In this document: positions 24,526 through 36,689 of the stretch, in pieces
Layout of the letters: the number at the start of each line of letters is the position of its first letter
Position numbering within the stretch: position 1 is the first letter of the stretch
Assembly: GCA_904063045.1 (NCBI GenBank)
Contig: CAJFCJ010000011.1
Location: forward strand, 1,238,598-1,302,597
Length of the DNA stretch: 64,000 bases
Direction of reading: 5' to 3'
Source of the DNA: Dimorphilus gyrociliatus
Taxonomy: Eukaryota; Animalia; Annelida
Notes under the pieces: generated by a model
Told to the model about the DNA's origin: nothing
Database searches by the model: none
Seen by the model: the letters and a program-made list of their open reading frames with translations, nothing else
Translations under genes and position numbers: made by a program

Positions 24526-25410
24526 TCAGTAACGATCCTGTATTGATTGCGACGGTTTTAAAATATCTACTCTAGATAGATTCAATTTTCGTAAAGAAGA
24601 AATTACACGAGATCTAAATACTTTATGAAAAATAAGATAAATAAAACAATTAGTACAATGATTAATTAGGAATAAATGCTCTAGAATATCATTTTCCTTT
24701 TCTGGAGTATGAATAAATATAATTGTTGGTATCCAAGAAAGAATACTAATGAACGTAGTTCCAAAAAGCATGCATAATGTTTCAAATTGTTTTTTCATAA
24801 TTGTAAAATTAGTTGAATTCCTTTTCTTAAACTTTTCTCTTTCATAAATAAGATAAGCAAATATTCTTATGTAAACTACAACTTGGAAGATGCATATTAT
24901 TGCAAAGATTACCGTACCAATTCCAGAAGTTGTGGAGGATTTTGCTAAGATATCCGTTAAACAACTATGATTAAAAGTTGTAATTGCGAAATGATATCTT
25001 AAATCCATAACTGTGAATAGTATATTGGATAGAACTGTAATTGAAAATATAAGGATAACTATGGTGTAAATTTTCTTTTTTGTTAAAAGGAAAGGTTGAA
25101 ATGTTGCACACCATCTTTCAAAAGATACAGCAATGTTTAATAATAAACTGAACGTTATACTAAGAGTTACAAACCAAAGTGTAAATGCACAAAAAAAACG
25201 ATTTCTAAGAAATATTTCAATAATACATATAGGAATATATAAAAAACATATAACTAAATCAACTATAGCAAGTATTTTAACAAATATATTTACTAAAATT
25301 GCATTTTTACTTTTAAACGGATAGAATAAGACAATTGCAAGGTTCGATAAAACTCCAATTGAGAAACAAAGAATAAGATATATCATATAATTAATTGAAC
25401 CATTACTCAT
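24526..25410 (-). CDS. Intronless rhodopsin-class orphan GPCR (294 aa)
   Basis: Seven hydrophobic segments; G..SN in TM1, LAIVD in TM2, FERW, SWIP in TM6, NCFIY...VFR. Confidence 0.88.
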   Translation of the reverse strand: MSNGSINYMIYLILCFSIGVLSNLAIVLFYPFKSKNAILVNIFVKILAIVDLVICFLYIPICIIEIFLRNRFFCAFTLWFVTLSITFSLLLNIAVSFERWCATFQPFLLTKKKIYTIVILIFSITVLSNILFTVMDLRYHFAITTFNHSCLTDILAKSSTTSGIGTVIFAIICIFQVVVYIRIFAYLIYEREKFKKRNSTNFTIMKKQFETLCMLFGTTFISILSWIPTIIFIHTPEKENDILEHLFLINHCTNCFIYLIFHKVFRSRVISSLRKLNLSRVDILKPSQSIQDRY

Positions 25411-25447
25411 TACTTCAAGAGTGAAATTTTAAAGATGGAGTAGTCTT

Positions 25448-25484
25448 TCTCTCTCTCTCTCTCACTCACTCACTCACTCACTCT
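25448..25484. repeat. (CT)n(CACT)n microsatellite
   Basis: tctctctctctctctcactcactcactcactcactct, just upstream of the GPCR ATG at 25410. Confidence 0.8.
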
Positions 25485-26141
25485 TTACTAACGTTTCTAT
25501 GCCAATGATTTATAATTTAACTTTTTAACGTTACCTTATTTTCTTTCATTTATAATAATAGAATTATTTATTATATTTCCTTCATGGAAATGTTTCTTTG
25601 GCATAAGCTAATTTTCATCTTATTACTTTAAGACATCCGTTCTCTATTACAAAGGCTTCTAAACAACATTAAGACGTATTGCAACTATATATACATTATT
25701 ATTAATGTATAATTGTTATCTGTACATTATTATTTCAGTACTATTGAATAAGTTACTGTTTCATTTTCATAAGTATAGAACCAGTCTATAAAAGAAAATT
25801 ACATCTTTACTTTGAAGATCGTTATATAAATATTTCTTAACAATTTCAATAACAACAATTACATCATATTTATTATTTATATCAAAGGTTAACCTAAAAA
25901 GGAATAGAGATTAAGTTCTTTGTGTACAACGTAGATTTAAAATACATTTCTCAATATAGCTTATACTAATAGATATAAATATTTTAATCTAGTCTTCCTA
26001 CGATCTACTATATATATAGTATATATATATATTAGTATACTACCTAATTACTTAACTATGTAATTAATTAAATTACCAATAGGTTTTAGTCTTTATTTAG
26101 TAAAACAAAGAATTAAAAGAAATATCGCATCAATCGTAAAA

Positions 26142-27020
26142 CTAATATCTTCTACATGTTGTCGTATCTCTAGGATTTACTTTCGTATTACATAACTCTT
26201 TAAAACGATTGTAGATGCTTGAACGAAACTTATCATGAAATATAATATAAACAAACAAATTTGTACAGTTACTTATCAGGAATAGATGTGATAATATTTC
26301 AGTATAGAAGAAAGTATGAAATATCGATAATAAAGAAGGTATCCAAACTCCGCATTGTATTAAATTCGTTCCAAATAGCATAAAAACAATTTTCAATTGT
26401 TTGATTTTAACTAATAAGTTTAATTTCTTTTTCTTATATAATCTTAATTTCTTTAATAGATATATAAAGATATGAATATATATAAAAAATTCAACTACAA
26501 TAATTATTGAAAAAACGCCTAAACTAATGCTATTCAATAATTTTGAACCCTGCAATTTACTTTTAAAACAATTAACAATAACAGTTTCGTTGTTGGATAG
26601 ATTCTCTGATCCAATACTTACATTAAAGAATGTTGACAATACAGTAATAATAATATTCAAACCATTTATAATATAAATATGTTTCCTTTTCAAAGAGTAA
26701 GGTTTAAATGCAGCAAACCATCTTTCGAGAACTACAGCCATGCTAGTAAATAATCCAAAAGCTATGATTGTTGTTGAACATAGAACCAAAATTTCGCATA
26801 TTATTTTATTAATAAGGAATAATTCAATAACAAATCCAGGTATACATAAGGAACATATTGACAGGTCTGCATAAGCTAAAATTTTCACAAAAATGTTTGC
26901 TAAAGTTGAATTTTTCGCTTTAAAAGGGTAACACAATAGTATAATTACATTTGATAAGATTCCAACAATAAGGCAACATATTAAATAAATCAAGTACGTT
27001 AATTTTATATTGTCTATCAT
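26142..27020 (-). CDS. Intronless rhodopsin-class orphan GPCR, tandem paralog of 24526-25410
   Basis: ATG at 27020 (MIDNIKLTYLIYLICC). Shares YPFK.KN..L.NIFVKILA..DL, ERW.A.F.P, MLFGT, WIP and L.HLFLI..CTN.F.Y with its neighbour. Confidence 0.88.
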   Translation of the reverse strand: MIDNIKLTYLIYLICCLIVGILSNVIILLCYPFKAKNSTLANIFVKILAYADLSICSLCIPGFVIELFLINKIICEILVLCSTTIIAFGLFTSMAVVLERWFAAFKPYSLKRKHIYIINGLNIIITVLSTFFNVSIGSENLSNNETVIVNCFKSKLQGSKLLNSISLGVFSIIIVVEFFIYIHIFIYLLKKLRLYKKKKLNLLVKIKQLKIVFMLFGTNLIQCGVWIPSLLSIFHTFFYTEILSHLFLISNCTNLFVYIIFHDKFRSSIYNRFKELCNTKVNPRDTTTCRRY

Positions 27021-27375
27021 ATTCTTCTTTAACACTCAACAAAATGTATTTGTTTCTTTTGAGTGGTCTTATCTTTTCATCTTTCAACAACTACCATCTG
27101 AAGAGCAATGACTATAGCTGTCACATCAGCTAGTCTATACCGTTTCCTTTGAACAAATTGCAAAATGAATAATATATTTTTTTCATTAGTCACACATGGA
27201 GAAAGTTTAAAAATTTTATCAACCAGATGGAGCTAAAGTTTAAATTTACTCCATGAAAAAAGAAGCAACGCAATAGAATACGTGGTTTAGAGAATATGGC
27301 ATGAAACTAAAGATATGCGTAATATTCTTTAAAATACCATATGGGAAATCAATTGAGGATATGTTTATTTCTTAG

Positions 27376-27644
27376 AAACAAGAAACAAGCATGAGCATGC
27401 TACCAACAAGCGTTCACAAAAAGACATTTTCGAGGACACGATGAAAATTTTGAGCTGCAACATTTGCTGTAATGCTCTTTCCAACTGTTTAGGATTGCCT
27501 TGTGCTCACATGGTTGGATGCAAACCATGCTTGGTAAGTCTGGCTAAGCCTCAGTGTCCTTTTTGTCGTTCGCCTTTGAGGGGTTACGTGATTGTTAACT
27601 CCGACATAGATGAACTTTCCTTAAATTTTAGTTTAACTCCGTAA
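27376..27644 (+). CDS. Terminal exon encoding a C3HC4 RING finger (IAP/MGRN-type); upstream exons not recoverable
   Basis: CNICCNALSNCLGLPCAHMVGCKPCLVSLAKPQCPFCR; acceptor AG at 27374-27375 is in frame. Confidence 0.65.
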
Positions 27645-28130
27645 GAATGGTTGTTAGAAACTATTAACCATGAGGTTAGTTGAACTATTCGAAGTATATT
27701 TTGATCTCTTAATGCATTCATGATTTGAGAGTGTAATCTAAAGCTTCCATCACTAATTAATTTATTATAACCCTCACCCAATTGCACAGTACCGATAGCC
27801 TAAATTTGAACATCATTTTTTTAATGAAAATTAAAGTTTTTTTCAACTTTGGCCTAAGCAAGATGTTTTTAAGAGAAATTAAAATGAAGACAAATTATCT
27901 ATCTTTACTTGAGAATTGCAATGATGATTCTATTGATTCTTTATAAGATTTTGTTTTTCGCTTATAGCACGAAATCCCTAAGGATTTCGTATAAATTGTA
28001 TTTGATGTTCTTTTGGTCTCTCACACCGTTCTATTACATTCACTCCCTTTTATAAGTCGTTATCAACGACGTGACATAACATCAAGTTGGACTGTCCCAG
28101 CTCTGGGCTAAGTCAAACTCCCTTCTTAAG

Positions 28131-28218
28131 TGACGCTCACATACTGACGCTCACACACTGACACTCATTCACTCATAACATGTAATGTGAACAGAACGTT
28201 AGCATATAACGTTCTGTT
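28131..28218. repeat. Three 14-bp direct repeats followed by a perfect 12-bp hairpin
   Basis: TGACGCTCACATAC / TGACGCTCACACAC / TGACACTCATTCAC (28131-28172); AACAGAACGTTA-GCATA-TAACGTTCTGTT (28190-28218). Confidence 0.75.
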
Positions 28219-29171
28219 TAGATTCTACTGTGGAAAGTTCACTAATGGCGATAGGACAGATGTTCTTGGTCACAAGAAAGCCCCTGGGACATTAACAAGA
28301 AGAAATCAATTGATCAATCTCAAACAAAAATGTGAAATTATGTAAAATTTGATTATTCTGTACAGAAATATTATTATATTCTTTCTGTATATATTGTCTT
28401 TTTTTCTCAACAGAAGATTGAAATATTTCCTTAATAATGCAGTTTTTATAAAATTTGTATACAATTCTATATTGTTGTTTTGTCACAAGTATGAATATTT
28501 AATGTTCAATAGTAGTGAGCGTTTTCTTTCATTTATGCATAATTAATTATACGGATAGTTTGTAAATATTATAAAGTGAGTATCTTAATTAAGTACCGTA
28601 AGAGTATTATAATTTTAAAACGATCTAGATATCTTTATCTTTCATCTCTCCTACTTTTCTATATTTTCTACTAAAAGCATTTACCTCTGGTTATATATTT
28701 TTAATAAAGAAAAATTAATTCGTGTTTATTATTCAATTATTAAATCAGTATTCTTCTAGGTCATGGAGACCTTTATCTGTGTATTAAATTGATTTTACTA
28801 TACTTTTACTTTGTTACACTTAAATTTGATCTATTCGCAAGTTTAATTGTTTAGAACGCCTTGTTCAATGACTCATTGGTCGGCTGATCATGTGACTAGT
28901 ATTTTGTTACATTATTTCCATTCTTATTTTTTGGATTTTGAAACTATGATAAATAAAAAATTTTACTTTTTTTTTCTTTTGACCTACTTAGAGTTCAAGG
29001 ATAACTATATCAAACGAAATAGTTAAAACCACAAGTATTTAACGTTTCAGCACTTTCTTGAAGACGACCGATATAGAATGAATAAATATGTTAACGTCAC
29101 TATTAGTGTGTGCAAAAAAAAAATATTTAGCTCGTTCCAACTAGCGATATATGTCGTCAAATGTCGTGAAC

Positions 29172-29243
29172 GGTCCCATGGTGTAACGGTTAGCACTTTG
29201 GACTTTGAATCCAACGATCCGAGTTCAAATCTCGGTGGGACCT
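29172..29243 (+). tRNA. tRNA-Gln-TTG: tRNA-Gln (TTG), identical third copy
   Basis: GGTCCCATGGTGTAACGG...GGTGGGACCT followed by a T-run. Confidence 0.97.
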
Positions 29244-29394
29244 GAATTTTTTTTTAAAGAACTTTTCGCAAGTTTTTAATATCATATTTGAAAAATAGAG
29301 AGTATTATTAACAAGATACAATAAACAAGCAAATAAATAAATAAACAGTTTTTTACTTGTTTCTGTCCGCCTAATAAACAAATAATAAGCCAAA

Positions 29395-31598
29395 CTAGGC
29401 CTCCAGGTAAAACTGCTTTCTTTTAACTAAACTTTCCATATTTGGAATATGTAACAGTTCTTCATCATTATAGTAGATACCATTATTAGAAAATTGTAAA
29501 TTTAACCTATTCTCAATAACATCCCACATAAAAGAGAAAAAACTTTGGTAGGATATTCTTGAGATGAAAGCTTTGCAGGTTGTCCTTTGTTGTGAACGAC
29601 TATCCAGTTCTAAGAAACTTTTGAGCAATGATAAAATTTCATCCTTTGTAAACTGTTTAATTAATAAAAACAAAAACACTTCAATTATGTAATAATAATA
29701 ATAATAATAAGATAATACAACTTCCTAACCTCTTCATATCGAAAATTGCTTAGAAGGGTTATTAACACAATCTCGTGCTCCATCCAATAGCGTTCAAACT
29801 CAAATTTTAATAGCGTTTCGACGAGTTGACTTTTGTTAATGACCTTTTGTTTTTAATTATTTGTAAAAGTATATTAATCAATAAAAACTTATCATCATCA
29901 ATAAGAGTTAACTTACCATTGGAATATACTTGAAATAAGTATGAAGAATTCGTAAAAGGCCCGATAAGGAATGCATTAAAATAGAACAGTTTTTATTGAG
30001 TTCTAGAATTTGGTAGCAAGTTTTTAATATATCCATAAAATACGGTGATTTTCTTATATCAATATATTGTAATATGACTATTAATTGATCAAGAACAAAG
30101 ATATTCTCCCTATAGCGTTCATAATGCGTACATAACGTCTGCTTCAACAGTCCCAGTTGATAAAAAATGACCTATTTTATAACAATAGAGAAACATCAAA
30201 TTTATTTGCTCTTTTTCTTATCTATTAAACAATTTTTATATCAAAAATAGAATACCTCCGATATTTTCAACACTTCCGGTTCAAGTCTTGATCGTAATCT
30301 TTCTTCATCTATGCTCATTTCCACATGACATACCAAATTTCTTACAAGTATTTCTACTATAGGAATGTTATCTTTAACGAGAGGTATAGCTTTAAACGTT
30401 CTAGAAACGATATCATCGCTGTATCTCTATATAAATATATACATATATATATTAGAAAGAAGCTATATATATATATGTATATATACATATATACAGTATA
30501 TAATACTAACAGTTAAACGGTCAAACTCGTTGCTGGATATATTCTTTGGTCTTTGAGTTCTGTAACTACTACCTTTACGATATAAGCCTATAAATTCCAG
30601 TTTCTTGTGTTTCTTTATGAAATTACTAAAAGGGATGATGATGTGATTATTAAAAAATAGCTTTATTTTATTTTTAGTATGTCAATTTAAATATCTTACC
30701 CAGCACTTTCACTAGATAATTCCCAATCTCCTGATACATTTAAGTGGGTCATATCCTTCCAATAGGCAAAATCTATAAATTCGGATATAGACCAAGATTT
30801 ATAGTAGAAAAATTTATGTTCAGGTATTCCGAGACAAACAACTTTCTTAAGGAATATTTCCTCGCAGTCTAGAGGATTTCTTTCGCAAGTCATTGAAGTC
30901 TTTCTAGATATATCCAAATATCTTAAATGTTTCAGGTCTAATAGTACAAGATATGAATCATATATAGATTTGCAGTGGGGAAATGAACAATCAAGAGAGA
31001 GTAATTTAGAAAAGTTAACAAGAGAGCATAGTTTCGTCAAATGCGTATGAGAGATATTTAAATGTTCAATTTGATGCAATTCAATTGTTATAAATTTCAA
31101 TTCTGCATTTGTAATATTTGTAAAAGATAGATTTAGTTTTGATAGATTCTTAAAACGTTTAAAACAATGCATATATTCAATATTTTTGAATCCATTTGCC
31201 TGTTCCTTTTTATTAAGTTTACATCCTCTTATCGATAATTCAATTAATTCGGATGATTCTAAAAAATTCATCCAATCTTCTATTCCATATTGCTTTAAGT
31301 TACTGATAATAACCTTTTTAAAATGTTGACCTTGTAAGAATTCTAACGACGATATTTCCTTTATCCTTTTACAATTTAATTTCATTTTAGGTAAAAAGTA
31401 CGGAGCTCTTGTACAGAATTTTAAATATTCTTCAGGAATACCAATTAACCAATCGTCCAATCGTTCTAATATCATTTGAGTAAATAACGGAGGTATATCC
31501 ATTCGTAACCATCTTTCCCAAATGGTTTTATTGGCGAAGAAACATTGAAAATTCTGAATAATATAGTTTATAGCAATATCCTGCAGCTTCAACATCAT
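29395..31598 (-). CDS. ZYG11/ZER1-like LRR + ARM protein, copy 2
   Basis: MMLKLQDIAINYI box; LRRs LSKLNLSFT, IEHLNISHT, LRYLDIS, LNVSG; exon KKLEFIGLY; ARM-like exons at about 30250-30330, 29908-30150 and 29395-29650. Confidence 0.68.
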
Positions 31599-33842
31599 TC
31601 TTTAATACTAAGGAAAGCTTTTGATTATTTTCTATAACTGATAGAAAGAAAACGCCAGTTACTTCTTAAAATCAATAACAATCTTATCGAAGTATTTAAA
31701 GAATAAGATTGAATAATGATGCGTGAACATTCCACTGATAAGGGGATTGGTAGTTGTCCATATACTGTATATATATATATATATATATATATAAACGTAA
31801 TTACACTTACAGAGTTAATAGAGTCCTCCTTGCAGTTACTCTAAATGAGAATATCATTCAAAAGTGCCATGCGAATAAATGATGAATAAAATTTACCAGG
31901 TAACCACACACCGTGTCCTATTTATTCAACTAGACACATGGTGTAAACATATAGAGCCATATCCTTTTTATGGTTCATATATTTAGCTAAAGCTAGACCT
32001 TAGACCCAATTCATGACCTTTCAGCCAATATAGAAGAATATAGGCATTACTTTACTACAACACATACTGTAGTATTGTGGAGGTTTTGTACAAATCTGTC
32101 ACAAGCAAATCCTTTTGAGTACAATATTTTATCTATTATATTCTCAAACAATTTGCAGTATGAAGTATACTATTTAAAAAATACTCTCCGTCTCTTTTTG
32201 CAGTCGTTAAAGAGTCGATTGTAACAATTCAACTAATTAGATTAATGGAAATACTAATCATTACTTGCAATAGCTCAACGTTCTTTCTCTTTCTCTTTTT
32301 GATCAATATTTTCTCTCTTGTTTTTTTCGATAATATATTGACCAGTCTTGCTGGTAGTGACATCTAATGCAACAAAACTACTCACGGTTATTCTTCGTGT
32401 GCTTTTGTGAATAATAAGTTTGAATAGTCAAAAGCTTTCAATGACACTTTTTATATATAAATTTTTTTTAGTAAGACAAGTAAATCACGTATTTTTCAGC
32501 TATATTAAGGACTATTCAAATGAGGCATTCTAATTATTAATCCTTTTAACACGAATACTAGCTCTCATCATATTCATGTATATATTTTGAATATACTGTA
32601 TACCCTTTATTTCTTAATAGCTTTTAGTTTTGAAAGAGTAGTCTAAAAATCAAAGAGAATTAACGAAATATACTTTTCCTGATAAATGTCAACCTTATAT
32701 AAAAAGGTAATTCCTTGGCAACGATGCTAACATCAATGGAGTCCATTTAGTTTCCGGCAATTCTCTATTGTTTATAATCGACAAAAGAAAATCAATTAAC
32801 CTACTAATATATGATATTATATAGGTCAACTTATTGAAAGTATCAATATGCAAATGAGTAAATTATTGTTTTAAATATATGTGAAACATTGTAAAAAGTC
32901 ATGTCATGAAAATGATCAATTCTTAGCTTCTAGAAAATATTAATAAGTTAGTATATACTAGATTCAACGGGGTTTGTTTTGCACTTTAACATCTTTCTTT
33001 ACGTGTTTATTCAATATTATTTATATTGTAAATTATTAAATAGTAGTGCTATTTGGATGTTAAACATCCTGTTTCATTTATGAGATCTGTTATAATCGTC
33101 AACTAGACTGATACTACATTTGCTATTATGCACTTGAGTTCAGAAATTAAACTAATAAAGAAAGGTCACATTGAATGTTATCTTTAAAAACGAAAGTAAG
33201 TTTTCTATTTCTAGTAATACATTATATATATTGATAGAATACAGAGCCAGCAGACTATTTATAGGCACCTTGAGAATGGAAAGAGAGATTGATATTGTAG
33301 ATATATAAATGATTAATAATATGAAAAAATTAATCAAACAATAGAAAAGAATATCGTTTACTTAAAGATATCACGAAATTGTTAATAAAATTCAGTAGCC
33401 ATTTTCTAGCTGTTTTAAATATTTAACATTTAATATATTTCAGAGCTCTGATCTACAATTTCTATGTGTAAACAGTGTTAACAATACATCTAAATCTTTT
33501 CAACGTTTCGTATGACTACCCCTATTGAGAAGGCATAGATTGGGTCTTTTTTTCTCTAGCTATGCAAAGTTTTACACTGTACAGAGTTGAAATTTTTTCC
33601 GATTCATCTACGTTTAGTCTGCTAATATTAATTTTGAATATTTATATATAAACATATCGATTCTTAGACAAAATCAATATGTAGCGAATGTATTTTAGTG
33701 AAAACTTTTATATTTGGCATATAAATCAGCTACAGAACAATAAAAGAACTATTTCAAATGACTATTTTACTGATATACTGTTATAAAAAGAATATTAAAC
33801 TCTTCAAAATAGTCAACGCAGGAAGGAAAAATGAAAAAGAAA

Positions 33843-34816
33843 CTACGTATTGGCTTTTGACGTAATTTTATTACTCGTCTTGCAAAAGCAAATACCTCTG
33901 AGTTTCCTTTCTACTACACAATCTGACTGTGATCCGTATTTGTTTATTCTTTCTATCCCCTCTGATAATATATATTTTTTTGTAGATTTTGAATAATCTA
34001 ACATAGCTTCGAATGTACCGTTTGATGGTAAAACTTTAAAAGTTATTAGGTATCTTTGATTTAAATCTTTAGGTTTTTCTGCAGTAGAACTTTTGATAGC
34101 TTCAATTAAAACAGAGGCGTCAGTTATAGCGCCTAATGTTAGCTTGGAGCATAGATCAGACTTTTTATGACTTTTTATTAAGTTATTCATGTATGTTAGA
34201 GCGACTAAAGCAGCTGTTTTTACTATTGGGTCATTTGCTGAAACGTTCTTTGGAATTTTACATAAGCAATCTTCAGGCTTCAAAGGAGTCGATTCGCAAG
34301 TTCTTGTTCCTGTGATGGGAGAAAAGAGAGATACTCCTCTTTTATGCTTGAACTTAATATTAAAATCCTTGTCATTGTATAAATTAAGAATATGGTTAAG
34401 AGTTTTATGTATATCAAAAAAGGTTGTCAATTTATTAAAGTTTGACTTCATGTTTTCAAAATGTGAAGGAAATTTTTGTCTAAAATCCTTTGGAGGAACA
34501 ATAATCATAAATGGTAAATGCTCTTCGTATCTTCCAGCATATCTTTGCCTATATGGACCGTATCTGGATCCATGATCCGAATGAAAAAATATAAATGTAT
34601 TCTCATCTAATTTTCTTTTCTTAATTTCTTTAAAAAGTGACAAATAATCATCTTCGACAGCAGTAATACCTGTTATATCGCCATGAGACGAAACTGTTTG
34701 ATGTAAATGACCCCACCAAGGCTGATCTTGGTAGACCTTTTGAAATTGTAAAAAGTTATGACCCATAATTTTTATCACTGATCTTTGGCCAAAACAAAGC
34801 TCTTTCTTTCTAAAGA
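33843..34816 (-). CDS. DUF229-family (alkaline-phosphatase/sulfatase-like) protein, 3' part; 5' part lost in the gap
   Basis: QPWWG...SHGD...ENTFIFFHSDHGSRYG...EEHLPF, NKLTTFFDIHKTL and Cys-rich C-terminus (ERINKYG.QSDC...CFC). Confidence 0.85.
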
Positions 34817-34866
34817 NNNNNNNNNNNNNNNNNNNNNNNNNNNNNNNNNNNNNNNNNNNNNNNNNN
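34817..34866. other. Scaffold gap (50 N)
   Basis: Run of N; open reading frames run into it from both sides. Confidence 0.99.
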
Positions 34867-36689
34867 AGAAAAATGGAATTTTCTGCAAACTATATGATCA
34901 TGTACAAATTTTCCAGTGAAATTTACAGTAACAGTATTATTCCAAAAAAAATCTTCCAATTTTACAATAGTTCCTGATGTTAGAAATTGTCCATTGTCAA
35001 CTATTTATTGAATAATAAAAAATTAGATCCAATAGGTCAAATAGGCCTAATGTATATTTTAAAATATTCTAAAAAACAAAACTGATACGAACGAGATAAA
35101 CAAATAGCATTTAAATAGATAAGATTTGTTTCAACATAAATAATGCTCTCTCCAAACATTTCTATTTTGTTGCTAAAAAATGATAAATAATTTTGAAGTG
35201 AACTGACTTGTTGAGTAGTTAATTCTGAATTATTTATTTTCACATTTTCAATAATATTTTCAAATTGATGAGAAAATGCTAAAGAAATGAGTAAAAACAT
35301 TTTTTTTAATGATAATTTTATGCATGAAGAGAGAGAAAGAGAGATATTTACTAAGATATTTTGAGAGATTTGTCAATTTTCCATAGAGAAATATTTCTGC
35401 CATTTTCATTATCATAAATTTTTGATAATTGTAATATTGTTGAATAAGGAAGTATTTACCAGAATAGATTGAATTACACCACCAAACCTGAGCTCCAAGA
35501 TATGGATTATTCAAAGAATTTTTATCATAAAAACAAAAATTACTATCAGGATTAAAAGCTGTTTCTGGTAAAATTTTAACTGATCCATAAACATTTTCAA
35601 AGTAATAATCTAAAAAAAAGACAAAGATTACCAGTTTAGTTCTATTCAATTATTTTTCTCTTTTTTTCTCTAAAAATTACTCAAAGCTTACTTGTACTTG
35701 GATCAGCTATGAAAAAAATTCCATGGAAATCATGAAGTTCATTAAATTTTATTAGAATGAATGGTGCATAATAACGACCAATACTGTGACCTCTGCTATG
35801 ATATATAGTTGAATAAATTCTATCAATAACTCTATTTATTTTAAATATATAGTAATGTTTTCCTCCAATTAATTGTACATCATTCATTTTTAAAAGTTGA
35901 AATTCTGTTTTCATGTATCATTAGGTTTAATTTTAAAATTTGAATTTTTTTAACCTCTTTCTTTTAAAAGTGTTCCTCTCACATCAATATCACATAGTAA
36001 AATATCACCTCCCAATGAGTATGATTTTAAGAAGAGAAATGATCCTATTGCTTCAGAACATGTATAACAATTATAATTTGTTTCTGATATGGGATATTTG
36101 ATTGATTTATGTACTCTTTTACACAAAGAATTCTGTTCTGTCAATGAATTTCCCATTGTAATATCAAATTCTGAAATTCCTGTATCAGAAAAGAACAACT
36201 TTTACAGCAATATAAAAGGGTTGTTTTAGGAGAATAATTCTACCACTTTTTCCAGTTAGTAAACAAACACTTGAAATTGAATAAATATCTTCAAGGTCAA
36301 CTACCCACCATGAATATTCTCCAGAGTCAGCATCAGTCATTGCACAAGCAAATGTATCCTATGAAAAAGAAAATTATTTTGTTCAGGAAAAAAAATACTC
36401 ATTAAAAGAAGAAAAGAAAAAATAGAATATTTAAATCACATTTGTATCTTTAGTGATATTTTTAGGTGAATGTGTTGCAAGAGTTGCAAAATTTGAATCT
36501 TGTAAATTGTCTTGAGATCTATTGGTAGAACTTTGGAAAGCCATTTTTCCTTGTGCAATGTTGGTTGTACTCAGAACTTGTAAGATATTAATAGTGGCAA
36601 ATCCTTTAAATGAAAAAAATTAAAAATTTTCTTTAAAATAGTATCAACATTTTTAAACTACCAAATAAAACATATGTTAACAAATTCAT
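34867..36689 (-). CDS. Secreted tandem F-type lectin-like protein, paralog of 15627-17789; 3' end in the gap
   Basis: MNLLTYVLF spliced to GFATINILQVLSTTNIAQGKMAFQSST; SWWVVDLEDIYSISSVCLL; LLCDIDVRG. PETAFNPD...YSGKYFL...AEIFLYG matches PETYFDPD...VSGRYFT...AEIYIY of the paralog. Confidence 0.75.

Noticed and set aside
29190-29393. 67-aa minus-strand ORF
   Set aside because: Overlaps tRNA-Gln antisense; no protein features.
34189-34575. 128-aa plus-strand ORF
   Set aside because: Antisense shadow of the DUF229 exon.
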